Source: Desulfuromonadales bacterium (GTDB lineage Bacteria > Desulfobacterota > Desulfuromonadia > Desulfuromonadales > UBA2294). Taken from it: 55,223 nucleotides of DNA. Where the stretch lies: contig JACUTX010000001.1 of the NCBI GenBank assembly GCA_014859615.1, forward strand, positions 1 through 55,223, read 5' to 3'. Below, in pieces: positions 1 to 8,905 of this stretch. How positions within the stretch are numbered: the stretch's first letter is position 1; each line of letters opens with the position of its first letter. Below the pieces are notes generated by a model that saw nothing but the letters and a program-made list of their open reading frames with translations, was not told the DNA's origin and searched no databases. The position numbers and the translations under genes are program-made.

Positions 1-723
1 CATCTCTTTCCGGTCGAAGACGGCGCTGAGGATTGTGTCGGTTTCACCCCCCTCGGCCAACACTTCTCCTTTGGCAGAGATCAGTAGGCTCATGCCGAAA
101 AAATCGAGTTTTCCCTGTATTCCGCAGCAGTTGGCGGCAGCGACAAAAAGCTGGTTTTCGATCGCCCGGGCGCGCAGCAGGGTTCGCCAATGTTCCTGAC
201 GCGGTTTTGGCCATTCGGCGGGGATGCAGATCAGCTCGGCGCCGTCGAGAGCCATCTTGCGGAACAGCTCCGGAAAGCGGAGGTCGTAGCAGATCGCGAC
301 GCCGATTCGCCCGACCGTGGTGTCGACCACCAGCGTCGCATCGCCGGGGGAGAGGAAACGATCTTCCCCCATGGTTGAAAACATATGAAGTTTTCGATAG
401 TGCCCAACAATTTGACCGTGATCAATCACATAAGCCGTGTTGAAAATTTTATCACCCGACTGTTCCGGCAGACTGCCGACAACAACCAGGCCGATTTCTG
501 CCGTTTTCAAACAGAGAGCTTCAATCACCAGCGGGGTTTGGGCTGAGTGTTTCGCCAGACGCTTGTAATCATAGCCGCTGCTCCACATCTCCGGCAGGAC
601 GACCAGTCTCACCCCCTGTTTTGCTACCTGCTCAAGAGCGGATAGAACAGTTGCCAGGTTACGCTCGACATCGCCGAGTGTGATGTTGAATTGAATCGCT
701 CCAACGGTCAGTCTTTCATTCAT
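1..723 (-). CDS. Carbon-nitrogen hydrolase (nitrilase superfamily) protein; C-terminus cut by window edge
   Basis: Absent from the ORF track because it runs off the window. The reverse-strand frame from ATG (723-721) is open to base 1 (241 codons, checked codon by codon, no stop). The translation MNERLTVGAIQFNITLGDVERN..VVLPEMW..HYRKLHMF..VAICYDLRFPE..RARAIENQ shows the Glu/Lys/Cys triad contexts typical of CN_hydrolase. Confidence 0.8.
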   Translation of the reverse strand, partial: MNERLTVGAIQFNITLGDVERNLATVLSALEQVAKQGVRLVVLPEMWSSGYDYKRLAKHSAQTPLVIEALCLKTAEIGLVVVGSLPEQSGDKIFNTAYVIDHGQIVGHYRKLHMFSTMGEDRFLSPGDATLVVDTTVGRIGVAICYDLRFPELFRKMALDGAELICIPAEWPKPRQEHWRTLLRARAIENQLFVAAANCCGIQGKLDFFGMSLLISAKGEVLAEGGETDTILSAVFDRKEM

Positions 724-966
724 AATAACTCCAAAGTAAAACAACGGTATATTTTTTAAAATAAAACCTTAAATTCAGGCGTTTTTTCAATTATATACGA
801 GACATTGAGTCGTGACAAGTGCTCCGGTCTCTGTCCGGTTTGTCTTGACGAAGCGCTGAAAGGCATGCTAAGAGGGGTGGAAAAATTAAGTAATAAATTA
901 ACGTTCTAATGATTGTACACCGTTCCGATTGACCCGGACAGGCGGCCGATTATTCAATAGAGGATC

Positions 967-1455
967 ATGAAAGCAAAATTTGTAACATTCATAATAATGC
1001 TCTGTTTCTGGGTTATCCTTTCGGGGATGTTTGACCCTTTCCACCTGACTCTCGGGGTTATCAGCTGCCTGTTGATCGCCTTCTTCTCGGCAGAGCTGTT
1101 GTTTGAGGGGTTGGAAATCAGAGTGCGGGCCAGGCAGGTTTTTGGCATGCTTGCATACTTGCCCTGGCTATTCTGGGCTATTATCGTAGCCAGCCTGCAA
1201 GTCGCTTATATTGTGCTCCACCCACAGATGCTTAGAAAGATGGATCCGCAGATGATCCGTTTTAAAACCAAACTGAAATCAAACTTTGCCAGAGTGACTT
1301 TCGCCCAGTCAATCACCTTGACGCCCGGTACCATAACAATCAGCCTGCAGGATGACGAAATAACGGTCTATGCTCTCACCAAGAGTGCTGCTGACGGTCT
1401 CCCCGGCGAGATGGAAAGACGCATCGCCCGGGCTCTGGAACCGGGAGGATTATGA
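967..1455 (+). CDS. mrpE: Mrp/Mnh cation:proton antiporter subunit E
   Basis: 162 aa membrane protein (MKAKFVTFIIMLCFWVILSG..FHLTLGVIS..) with MnhE-like N-terminal helices and soluble tail. It is the first gene of a translationally coupled E-F-G series. Confidence 0.75.
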   Translation: MKAKFVTFIIMLCFWVILSGMFDPFHLTLGVISCLLIAFFSAELLFEGLEIRVRARQVFGMLAYLPWLFWAIIVASLQVAYIVLHPQMLRKMDPQMIRFKTKLKSNFARVTFAQSITLTPGTITISLQDDEITVYALTKSAADGLPGEMERRIARALEPGGL

Positions 1456-1763
1456 TGAGCCAGGTTTTTCTCTCGGTTGGCGTGGCGTTGGTGCTGCTGA
1501 TTTTTCTCACCCTGATCCGGGTCGTTGGCGGACCGACAGTGCTGGATCGGATTGTTGGCGTAAATATGATCGGCACCAAGACGACTGTGCTGCTGCTGCT
1601 GATCGGTCTGATCTACGAAGCGATGCCGATGTTCATCGATATCGCCCTCGCCTATGCCTTCCTTAATTTTATAGCCACGATCGGTGCCTGTAAGTACTTT
1701 CGTCGCAGCAAAAAGATCCATCTTGATGATGATATGGTTTCTGAGAAAGAGGGGGCAAAATGA
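1452..1763 (+). CDS. mrpF: Mrp/Mnh antiporter subunit F
   Basis: 103 aa, three TM helices. The motif LIRVVGGPTVLDRIVGVNMIGTKT is typical of MnhF/PhaF. Its start overlaps the mrpE stop (ATGA). Confidence 0.8.
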   Translation: MMSQVFLSVGVALVLLIFLTLIRVVGGPTVLDRIVGVNMIGTKTTVLLLLIGLIYEAMPMFIDIALAYAFLNFIATIGACKYFRRSKKIHLDDDMVSEKEGAK

Positions 1764-2086
1764 ATGTAATTGTGACTATATTTCTGATTCTTGCGCTTTT
1801 GTTTTTTGCCATCGGCACCATCGGGATTCTGCGTCTGCCGGATTTCTATTCGCGACTTCATGCCACGGGGAAGTGTGATACTTTGGCGGCGACCCTCGCA
1901 TTAGCAGCCATTGCTTTATATAATCTGCATGATTTTAGCTTCGGTACTGTTCTGGTCAGTTGGAAGGTTCTTGCTATCTTCTGCTTTCTTTTCATGGCGA
2001 GTCCGGCAGCGACCAATGCGATCACCAAGGCCGCTGTGATCGCCGGTGTTGAGCCCTGGTATAAAAAGCAGGAGGTGCGCAAATGA
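1760..2086 (+). CDS. mrpG: Mrp/Mnh antiporter subunit G
   Basis: 108 aa. FFAIGTIGILRLPDFYSRLHATGKCDTL is the characteristic MnhG motif. It has a 4-nt overlap with mrpF. Confidence 0.85.
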   Translation: MNVIVTIFLILALLFFAIGTIGILRLPDFYSRLHATGKCDTLAATLALAAIALYNLHDFSFGTVLVSWKVLAIFCFLFMASPAATNAITKAAVIAGVEPWYKKQEVRK

Positions 2087-2328
2087 TCTGGCAACTTGAT
2101 CTTTTTCTTCTGATGCTGGTGGTTATTTGTGCGCTGGCAACGATTACGGTTAAGGATCTGCTTTCGGCAACGATTATCTTCAGTGCTTACAGTTTTCTTA
2201 TGTGTCTGCTCTGGGCAGAGATGGGGGCGGTTGATGTCGCTTTTACTGAGGCAACCGTCGGCGCCGGTGTCAGTACAATATTTTTTATTGCCGCTATTTT
2301 CCGGACAACACGCAGGAGTAAAGATTGA
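2083..2328 (+). CDS. DUF4040 / MbhD-like small membrane subunit (MrpA C-terminal or MrpB-related)
   Basis: 81 aa. The motif VKDLLSATIIFSAYSFLMCLLWAEMGAVDVAFTEATVGAGVSTIFF matches the MbhD/DUF4040 pattern (..PDVAlTEa.VGaG..). It overlaps mrpG by 4 nt. Confidence 0.7.
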   Translation: MIWQLDLFLLMLVVICALATITVKDLLSATIIFSAYSFLMCLLWAEMGAVDVAFTEATVGAGVSTIFFIAAIFRTTRRSKD

Positions 2329-2600
2329 AATTACCGGCCTTGCTAGCAACTCTGGTTACCGGCGCACTCTTGCTCTACGGAACCGCCGATTTCGCTGTCT
2401 GGGGTGATCCGAAATCGCCACCCAACAGCAATATTTCGGTTCATTATGTGGAACAGGCGGTGAAGGAGACACATGTGCCGAATATAGTCACCGCTATTCT
2501 CGGTGACTATCGAGGCTACGACACCATGTTTGAATTGGTCGTTATCTACTGCGCGGGGATGGCTGTTATGGGGATTCTGCGCCGGAGGGAAGATTCATGA
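2325..2600 (+). CDS. MbhE-like small membrane subunit (MnhB N-terminal-like)
   Basis: 91 aa with a TTG start overlapping the upstream stop. NIVTAILGDYRGYDTMFELVVIYCAG is the conserved (V)TAIL.DYRG.DT.gE motif of MbhE and the MnhB N-region. Confidence 0.65.
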   Translation: MKLPALLATLVTGALLLYGTADFAVWGDPKSPPNSNISVHYVEQAVKETHVPNIVTAILGDYRGYDTMFELVVIYCAGMAVMGILRRREDS

Positions 2601-3076
2601 AAATCACGAGCCATGAAGCCCGAGAGCGCATCTCGCATCGTGACACCATTCTGGAAACAACGGTGCGCCTGATGATCCCCTTTATCCAGCTCTACGGCCT
2701 TTATGTCATCGTTCATGGACATTATAGTCCGGGCGGCGGTTTTCAGGGTGGGGTGGTGCTCGGTGCTTCTCTGATTATGTTCGCTCTCGCTTTTGGCCTG
2801 ACTGCCAGCAAAAATTATATGACGGAGAGCTTGAATATAATTATAGCCAATGCCGGTGCCTTGATTTTTACCGGGATAGCTGCTCTTTGTGCTCTGCTTG
2901 GCGGGATGTTTCTTGATTACAGCGTGCTCGCAAACATCTTGCCGATCGACCCGATCTCCTGGCGTTCCCACGGAATTTTTCTGGTTGAGGTCGGTGTCGG
3001 CATGGGGGTTATGACAATTATGATCTCGATCTACTGGGATATGGCGTCTGCTGGCCGCCTCGATGAGGGGTTGTAA
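2597..3076 (+). CDS. mrpB: Mrp/Mnh antiporter subunit B
   Basis: 159 aa. HGHYSPGGGFQGGVVLGASLIMFAL is the MnhB-domain signature. It has a 4-nt overlap with the upstream gene. Confidence 0.8.
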   Translation: MKITSHEARERISHRDTILETTVRLMIPFIQLYGLYVIVHGHYSPGGGFQGGVVLGASLIMFALAFGLTASKNYMTESLNIIIANAGALIFTGIAALCALLGGMFLDYSVLANILPIDPISWRSHGIFLVEVGVGMGVMTIMISIYWDMASAGRLDEGL

Positions 3077-3469
3077 ATGGAAGGTATCGTGGCCGAAATA
3101 ATGGCCAAATACAATTACTGGATCTACGTTGTCCTGATGATGATCGGCTTCTATGCCATGATTGGCAAACGCAATCTGGTCAAGAAGCTGCTTGGGATGA
3201 ACATCTTTCAGACCTCCATTATTCTCTTTTTTGTCTCGACTGGAGCAAAAAAAGGGGGGAGCATCCCGATTCTCGATAAGCAAGCGGCCCTGCAGGGAGC
3301 CGTGGATGTTAACCTGGTGGTTAATCCTCTGCCGCATGTATTGATGTTGACAGCTATCGTCGTCGGGGTGAGTGTTACCGGCGTCGCATTGGCTGTAATG
3401 TTGCGTATCTATCGTAAATACGGGACTTTGGAAGAAGACGAAATCCTGCACAAGATTGAGACCGAATGA
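3077..3469 (+). CDS. mrpC: Mrp/Mnh antiporter subunit C (NuoK-like)
   Basis: 130 aa, three TM helices. NYWIYVVLMMIGFYAMIGKRNLVKKLLGMNIFQTS matches the MnhC/NuoK pattern. The start directly abuts the mrpB stop. Confidence 0.8.
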   Translation: MEGIVAEIMAKYNYWIYVVLMMIGFYAMIGKRNLVKKLLGMNIFQTSIILFFVSTGAKKGGSIPILDKQAALQGAVDVNLVVNPLPHVLMLTAIVVGVSVTGVALAVMLRIYRKYGTLEEDEILHKIETE

Positions 3470-4953
3470 AATCCAACTTGCACATGTATGTGATGGCAGC
3501 ACCGCTGTTAACCGCTTTTTTGGTTAACGCCTGGGGCCGCAGTAATCGTAAAATCATTGCACCGATGGTGTTGGGGGCCTTGGCCCTCTCCACCCTGCTG
3601 GCGATTATTGTGCTCAAACAGACGCTCGGGTCCGGTAGTTTGAGCTATACTGTCGGCGCCTGGACACCTCCGTGGGGGATCGAACTGTTGGTCGATCCTC
3701 TGTCGGCACTGATGCTGTTGCTCATTTCTGCTGTCTCTTTTATTGCGACTTTTGCCGCAGTTCCATGTGTTAAGCGTGATCTGGAAGATCGTCAACATAT
3801 CTTCTTCACTCTTTACCTGATTCTGATCGCCGGGTTGATGGGGCTGGTGCTGACCGCCGATGCTTTCAACCTCTATGTCATGCTTGAAATAACTTCAATT
3901 ACCACCTATGGACTGATCGCTCTTGGACGTGGACGAGCACCGCTGTCGAGCTTCAACTACATCATCATGGGTTCGGTGGGCGCTTCCTTTTATCTTCTCG
4001 GAGTCGGCTATCTCTATCTGCTGACCGGTACCCTCAATCTGGCCGATATTGCCCGTTATCTCCCCGCTTTGCAGGGGAGTGCCGCTATGGCGACCGCTCT
4101 CGCTTTTATTCTGGTCGGTCTGTGGATCAAAATGGCATTTTTCCCCTTGCACGGCTGGTTGCCGCGCGCTTATTCCGATGCTCCTGACGGAGCCGGAGTC
4201 CTCATTGCGCCGTTGATGACTAAAGTGACCATCTATCTGATGGTCCGTCTGATGCTCACCTTTCAGTCGCCTGAGTTTTTGCTCATGAGCATGGATGTTC
4301 GTACGCTTGTTATCTGGGTTGCTGCTATCGGTATTATCTGCGCGTCATCTCTGGCCCTGGCGCAACGCAATCTGAAGCAGATGCTGACCTATATCATTAT
4401 TGCCGAGGTCGGTTACATGGTTGGCGGAGCCTGGTTGGCCAACGATCAGGGGCTGACAGGGGCCCTGCTGCATATTGTTAACGATGCGTTAATGACTCTT
4501 TGTCTGTTTCTGGCGGCGGTCGCGATCTCCTATCGTACCGGTGGTCTCGGGTTTGATCGTCTGAAGGGTCTATATCGGCGGATGCCGTGGACGATGGCTT
4601 TTTTCACCGTCGGGGCTTTCTCTATGATCGGGATACCGCCAACTTGCGGCTTTTTCAGCAAGTGGTATCTGCTTCTTGGTGGTATCGAAGCGGGGCAGTG
4701 GGAGTTTGTTGTTGCCTTGATCTTCAGCAGCCTGGTCAACGCAGTCCTCTTTTTCCGGATTATTGAGCTGGCATATTTCAGCAGGCCGGAAGAGGGTGCG
4801 TCGTCTGAGCATTTACCTCTGGAACGCCAAGAAGCTCCCTGGTCGATGCTGACTCCTCTGGCCGTGACTGCCGGGCTCCTGATTGTGGTCGGTCTGGGCA
4901 CCGGACCTTTGGTTGATAACGTTATCCGCTTAATGATTCCGGTCGCTTTTTGA
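3466..4953 (+). CDS. mrpD: Proton-conducting antiporter-like subunit (MrpD/NuoN/NuoM family), copy 1
   Basis: 495 aa polytopic membrane protein. It has Proton_antipo_M-type motifs (..WIKMAFFPLHGWLPRAY..APLMTKV..GIPPTCGFFSKW..). Confidence 0.85.
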   Translation: MKSNLHMYVMAAPLLTAFLVNAWGRSNRKIIAPMVLGALALSTLLAIIVLKQTLGSGSLSYTVGAWTPPWGIELLVDPLSALMLLLISAVSFIATFAAVPCVKRDLEDRQHIFFTLYLILIAGLMGLVLTADAFNLYVMLEITSITTYGLIALGRGRAPLSSFNYIIMGSVGASFYLLGVGYLYLLTGTLNLADIARYLPALQGSAAMATALAFILVGLWIKMAFFPLHGWLPRAYSDAPDGAGVLIAPLMTKVTIYLMVRLMLTFQSPEFLLMSMDVRTLVIWVAAIGIICASSLALAQRNLKQMLTYIIIAEVGYMVGGAWLANDQGLTGALLHIVNDALMTLCLFLAAVAISYRTGGLGFDRLKGLYRRMPWTMAFFTVGAFSMIGIPPTCGFFSKWYLLLGGIEAGQWEFVVALIFSSLVNAVLFFRIIELAYFSRPEEGASSEHLPLERQEAPWSMLTPLAVTAGLLIVVGLGTGPLVDNVIRLMIPVAF

Positions 4954-5003
4954 TCTTGTTATAGCTTAGCCAACTTTTGTATTGAACCGGTTTTGAGAGA
5001 GAT

Positions 5004-6470
5004 ATGACACCGATTGTTTCCATCTGGCCACTGGCCGCGATTCTGGTCTCCTTGTTGGGGGCGTTACCGATCCTCCTTGCGAATCGGCAGCCGAACTTGC
5101 GTGAAAGCTGGACCATACTCATTGCTCTGGTCAAACTGACGATCGTTGCTTCGTTGTTGCCGGGAGTTTTGGCGGGGAACAGCTATATCTTCACTATTGC
5201 ACAAGTTATTCCGGGGGTACCGATCGAGCTGCGTGTCGATGCTCTGGGGATGATCTTTGCCCTCGTCGCATCCTGTCTCTGGCTCTTTACTTCCATTTAT
5301 TCGATCGGTTACATGCGGGCTCTCAGCGAGCACGCTCAGACCCGTTATTATGCATCATTTGCCGTAGCCATTTCGGCTACCCTCGGTGTCGCTTTTGCCG
5401 GCAACCTTCTGACCATGTATCTTTTCTACGAGGTTCTTTCCCTCTCCACCTACCCTTTGGTCACTCACGAGCAGAATGCCGAAGCACGGGCTTCGGGGCG
5501 CAAGTATCTGACCTATATTCTTGGCACATCCATCGGCCTGGCCTTGCCAGCCATGCTGATTACCTACTCTGTGGCAGGAACTCTCGATTTCACCACGGGT
5601 GGCATCCTTGCAGGCAAGGCCTCTCCGGATCTACTGGCGCTGCTTGTGATCCTTTTTCTCTTCGGTTTTGCCAAGGCGGGATTGATGCCGTTTCACGGCT
5701 GGCTCCCTGCGGCGATGGTGGCACCAACCCCGGTCAGCTCTTTTCTGCATGGTGTGGCCGTGGTCAAGGCTGGTGTCTTTGCAATCTTTCGCATCATCTT
5801 TGACATCCTCGGTCCTGAAACCTTGCAGTCTGCCGATCTTGGCTCTCTTATCACTTATATCGCTTCGGTGACCATCCTGGTCGCTTCGATGGTGGCGCTG
5901 ACTCAAGACAGCATGAAACGCCGCTTAGCCTACTCCACCATTGGTCAGCTTGCTTACATGGTGCTCGGTGCCGGGATGCTCTCGGCGACCGGCATGCTCG
6001 GTGGAGTCATGCACCTGGCTATGCACGCTTTCGGCAAAATCACCCTCTTCTTCTGTGCCGGGGCGATTTACGTCGCCACGAAAAAGAAAAATATCAGTCA
6101 GATGGACGGCCTCGGGCGACGCATGCCGATCACCTATTTTGCCTTTTTTCTCGGTTCCCTGAGTATTATAGGGATGCCGCCGATGGGTGGTTTTATCAGT
6201 AAATGGAGCCTGTTGCTCGGAGCGGTCGAGGGGGATCAACTGATTTTGATTATCGTTCTACTGATCAGCTCCTTTCTCAACGCCGCATATTTTTTCCCGA
6301 TTGTCTACCGTGGATTTTTCGTGCCAGCAAAGGAAGGTGAAGCTGAAGGGATCAGTGAAGCACCGCTCTTCTGTCTGGTGCCACTGTCGTTGACGGCTCT
6401 CATTTCGTTGGCACTTTTTTTCTACCCTGATACGTTGTTGAAATTGGCACGTATGGCCCTTGGCCTCTGA
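5004..6470 (+). CDS. mrpD: Proton-conducting antiporter-like subunit (MrpD/NuoM family), copy 2
   Basis: 488 aa. It has the same family motifs (GFAKAGLMPFHGWLPAAMVAPTPVSSFLH..GMPPMGGFISKW). Confidence 0.85.
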   Translation: MTPIVSIWPLAAILVSLLGALPILLANRQPNLRESWTILIALVKLTIVASLLPGVLAGNSYIFTIAQVIPGVPIELRVDALGMIFALVASCLWLFTSIYSIGYMRALSEHAQTRYYASFAVAISATLGVAFAGNLLTMYLFYEVLSLSTYPLVTHEQNAEARASGRKYLTYILGTSIGLALPAMLITYSVAGTLDFTTGGILAGKASPDLLALLVILFLFGFAKAGLMPFHGWLPAAMVAPTPVSSFLHGVAVVKAGVFAIFRIIFDILGPETLQSADLGSLITYIASVTILVASMVALTQDSMKRRLAYSTIGQLAYMVLGAGMLSATGMLGGVMHLAMHAFGKITLFFCAGAIYVATKKKNISQMDGLGRRMPITYFAFFLGSLSIIGMPPMGGFISKWSLLLGAVEGDQLILIIVLLISSFLNAAYFFPIVYRGFFVPAKEGEAEGISEAPLFCLVPLSLTALISLALFFYPDTLLKLARMALGL

Positions 6471-6496
6471 TTATCAGAGGATGAGAGAATTTTATA

Positions 6497-6658
6497 ATGA
6501 GTAAGCACAAGCAACATCGTAAACATGATCATGCTGAGAAAGAGGATGGTCCGATGATTCTGGATCACGCTGCCGTAGATGGCTATCGGCCAATTTTTTA
6601 TATCTGCATCACTATCGGCATTCTCTATCTTGCCTTTGTGTTCTGGCGGACCTGGTAA
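6497..6658 (+). CDS. Hypothetical 53-aa single-pass membrane peptide with His/Lys-rich N-terminus
   Basis: Below the ORF-track size cutoff. ATG at 6497 to TAA at 6656-6658 gives MSKHKQHRKHDHAEKEDGPMILDHAAVDGYRPIFYICITIGILYLAFVFWRTW. It sits between two antiporter-subunit genes on the same strand. No homology is recognised. Confidence 0.4.
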   Translation: MSKHKQHRKHDHAEKEDGPMILDHAAVDGYRPIFYICITIGILYLAFVFWRTW

Positions 6659-6669
6659 GGAGTTAAAGG

Positions 6670-6939
6670 ATGTCAAAACAACCGATCAATACAAACGAAA
6701 AGCCGGGAATCTTCGATAAGCCTGAAAATGTCAAGCGCCTGTTGAGAATATTTTATCTCTGCGTGATCCTGCTTTTGATCGTCGACATCTTCTATCACAA
6801 GCATACTTATTTTGCCTGGGAAGGTTATTTCGGATTCTATTCGGTCTATGGTTTTGTCGCCTGCGTCATTCTGGTGATCGTATCAAAATATATACTGCGA
6901 CCTATGGTCATGCGCAAAGAGGATCACTATGACGATTAA
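6670..6939 (+). CDS. Hypothetical 89-aa two-TM membrane protein in the Mrp cluster
   Basis: An RBS-like GGAG lies upstream. Two hydrophobic helices (LLRIFYLCVILLLIVDIFY; FYSVYGFVACVILVIVSKYIL). The 3' end overlaps the next antiporter-like gene by 11 nt, suggesting coupling. Confidence 0.55.
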   Translation: MSKQPINTNEKPGIFDKPENVKRLLRIFYLCVILLLIVDIFYHKHTYFAWEGYFGFYSVYGFVACVILVIVSKYILRPMVMRKEDHYDD

Positions 6940-8710
6940 TGCCTTGCCGCCAGCACTGATCCTTATTTTAGGCGGGCTTCTGGTCCCGTTACTCAAAGGT
7001 CGAACCCGTCAGGCCGTGTTGTTGCTGTTGCCGGTGATCAGCTTTATCAATCTGCTGCAGATTCCGGTCGGGAGTCACTGGGTATTCCCGTTTTTGTCTG
7101 ATCAGATCGTGCTCGGGCGAATTGATAAACTGAGCTTGATCTTTGGCTATATATTCCATCTGGTCGCCTTTCTTTCGGCACTCTATGCCCTGCATGTCAA
7201 CGATACGGTACAGAATGTTGCTGGTACTGTTTATGCCGGAGCTGCGATCGGGGCTGTTTTTGCCGGAGATATGTTCACCTTGTTCGTCTTCTGGGAGCTT
7301 TTGACCATAAGTGCTACCTTTTTGATCCTGGCCCGACGTACAGAGAAAGCACTCGGTGCCGGATTTCGCTATTTTATGGTGCACGTGGCGGGAGGGCTCT
7401 GTCTTCTGGCGGGGATCATCATCCATGTTTTTCAGACCGGTTCAGCAGCCTTTGACCTGATCGGTCTGGGGACAACGGCCTCCTGGTTTATCTTTATCGG
7501 AATTGGCGTCAACTGCGCCTGGCCATTGCTCCACCCGTGGTTGACTGACGCTTATCCTGAGGCGACCATCACTGGCACTATCTTCCTTTCAGCTTTTACC
7601 ACCAAGACTGCAATTTATGCTCTGGCCCGGGCTTTCCCGGGGACAGAGGAGTTGATCTTTATCGGCGGGGCGATGGCCGCTTTTCCGATTTTTTACGCGG
7701 TCATCGAGAACGATCTGCGCCGGGTTCTGGCTTACAGTCTGATCAACCAGGTCGGCTTCATGGTGGTCGGAATCGGTATCGGCACCGCACTCTCCATTAA
7801 TGGCGCTGTCGCCCATGCTTTTAACGACCTCCTCTTTAAGGGGCTGCTGTTTATGACCATGGGTGCGGTGATGTATCGAACGGGGAAGATCAATGCAACC
7901 GACCTCGGGGGGTTATATAAATCGATGCCCTGGACCTGCGCCTTTTGTATTGTCGGTGCTGCCTCGATATCGGCTTTCCCGCTTTTTTCCGGTTTCGTCA
8001 GTAAATCTATGGTTATGGAGGCGGCTGCCCTCGGTGATATGCGCTGGCTCTGGTTTATTCTGCTCTTTGCTTCGGCCGGGGTTTTTCACCACGCGGGGAT
8101 CAAAATCCCTTTTTTCGCGTTTTTCTCGCACGATTCTGGTATCCGTTGCAAAGAGGCACCACCGCATATGCTGTTGGCCATGGGAATTTCGGCCCTGCTC
8201 TGTATTCTGATCGGCTGTTTTCCGCAATATCTTTACAGTCTGCTCCCTTACGCGACGGACTATGAACCCTACACAATCAGTCATGTTCTGGCGCAAACCG
8301 AGTTGCTCTTTTTCTCGGCCCTGGCTTTTACTCTTTTGCTGCTGGCCGGTATCTATCCGGCGGAAATTCGTTCGCTTAATATCGACGCTGACTGGTTTTA
8401 TCGTAAGGGGGGGCGTCAGGTTTATCGTTTTTGCCAGTGGGCTTTTGATGGCATTAATGATTGGGCAAATCGCACTATTGCCCAGAAGATGACGAAACGG
8501 TTGTCCCGGTTTTTTGAGGAGCCGGGAGGGAACTTCCAGAAATACGGTTATCGCCTTCTGGTTGAGACCAGCGGCATAGACAAAAATTATGAAAAGATGG
8601 AAAAACAGATTGATATCCGCAGCCGCATGGCGACTTATTCGGTTGGTGCGGGAGTTTTACTGGCGGTTATGATTCTTGCTTTTGCCTCGCTGTTACTGTT
8701 CTTCAGATAG
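6929..8710 (+). CDS. Proton-conducting antiporter-like subunit (MrpD/MrpA/NuoL family), copy 3, with C-terminal extension
   Basis: 593 aa. It has Proton_antipo_M motifs (..WPLLHPWLTDAYPEATITGTIFLSAFTTKTAIY..SAFPLFSGFVSKS..) plus a soluble, charged tail of about 100 aa ending in one TM helix. Confidence 0.85.
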   Translation: MTINALPPALILILGGLLVPLLKGRTRQAVLLLLPVISFINLLQIPVGSHWVFPFLSDQIVLGRIDKLSLIFGYIFHLVAFLSALYALHVNDTVQNVAGTVYAGAAIGAVFAGDMFTLFVFWELLTISATFLILARRTEKALGAGFRYFMVHVAGGLCLLAGIIIHVFQTGSAAFDLIGLGTTASWFIFIGIGVNCAWPLLHPWLTDAYPEATITGTIFLSAFTTKTAIYALARAFPGTEELIFIGGAMAAFPIFYAVIENDLRRVLAYSLINQVGFMVVGIGIGTALSINGAVAHAFNDLLFKGLLFMTMGAVMYRTGKINATDLGGLYKSMPWTCAFCIVGAASISAFPLFSGFVSKSMVMEAAALGDMRWLWFILLFASAGVFHHAGIKIPFFAFFSHDSGIRCKEAPPHMLLAMGISALLCILIGCFPQYLYSLLPYATDYEPYTISHVLAQTELLFFSALAFTLLLLAGIYPAEIRSLNIDADWFYRKGGRQVYRFCQWAFDGINDWANRTIAQKMTKRLSRFFEEPGGNFQKYGYRLLVETSGIDKNYEKMEKQIDIRSRMATYSVGAGVLLAVMILAFASLLLFFR

Positions 8711-8753
8711 CAAGAGTTCTTTTAAACAAGCCAAAGATGGTATTGAACTATTG

Positions 8754-8782
8754 AGCGGAGAGGTGACTTTCCGCTTTTTTTT
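8754..8782 (+). terminator. Rho-independent terminator after the Mrp cluster
   Basis: 8-bp stem AGCGGAGA/TTTCCGCT (one G-U pair), a 6-nt loop, then a run of 7 T. Confidence 0.75.
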
Positions 8783-8905
8783 ATTGGTGTGTCTGCACCG
8801 CTCAGATCTGAAAAGATTTCGAACAATTTTGTTTTGCTGTATAGTTTCTGTCAGGGTGAAAAGTGATGACCGGCTGCCGCCGGGAAAAATGTTGAAAGGA
8901 GAGTT

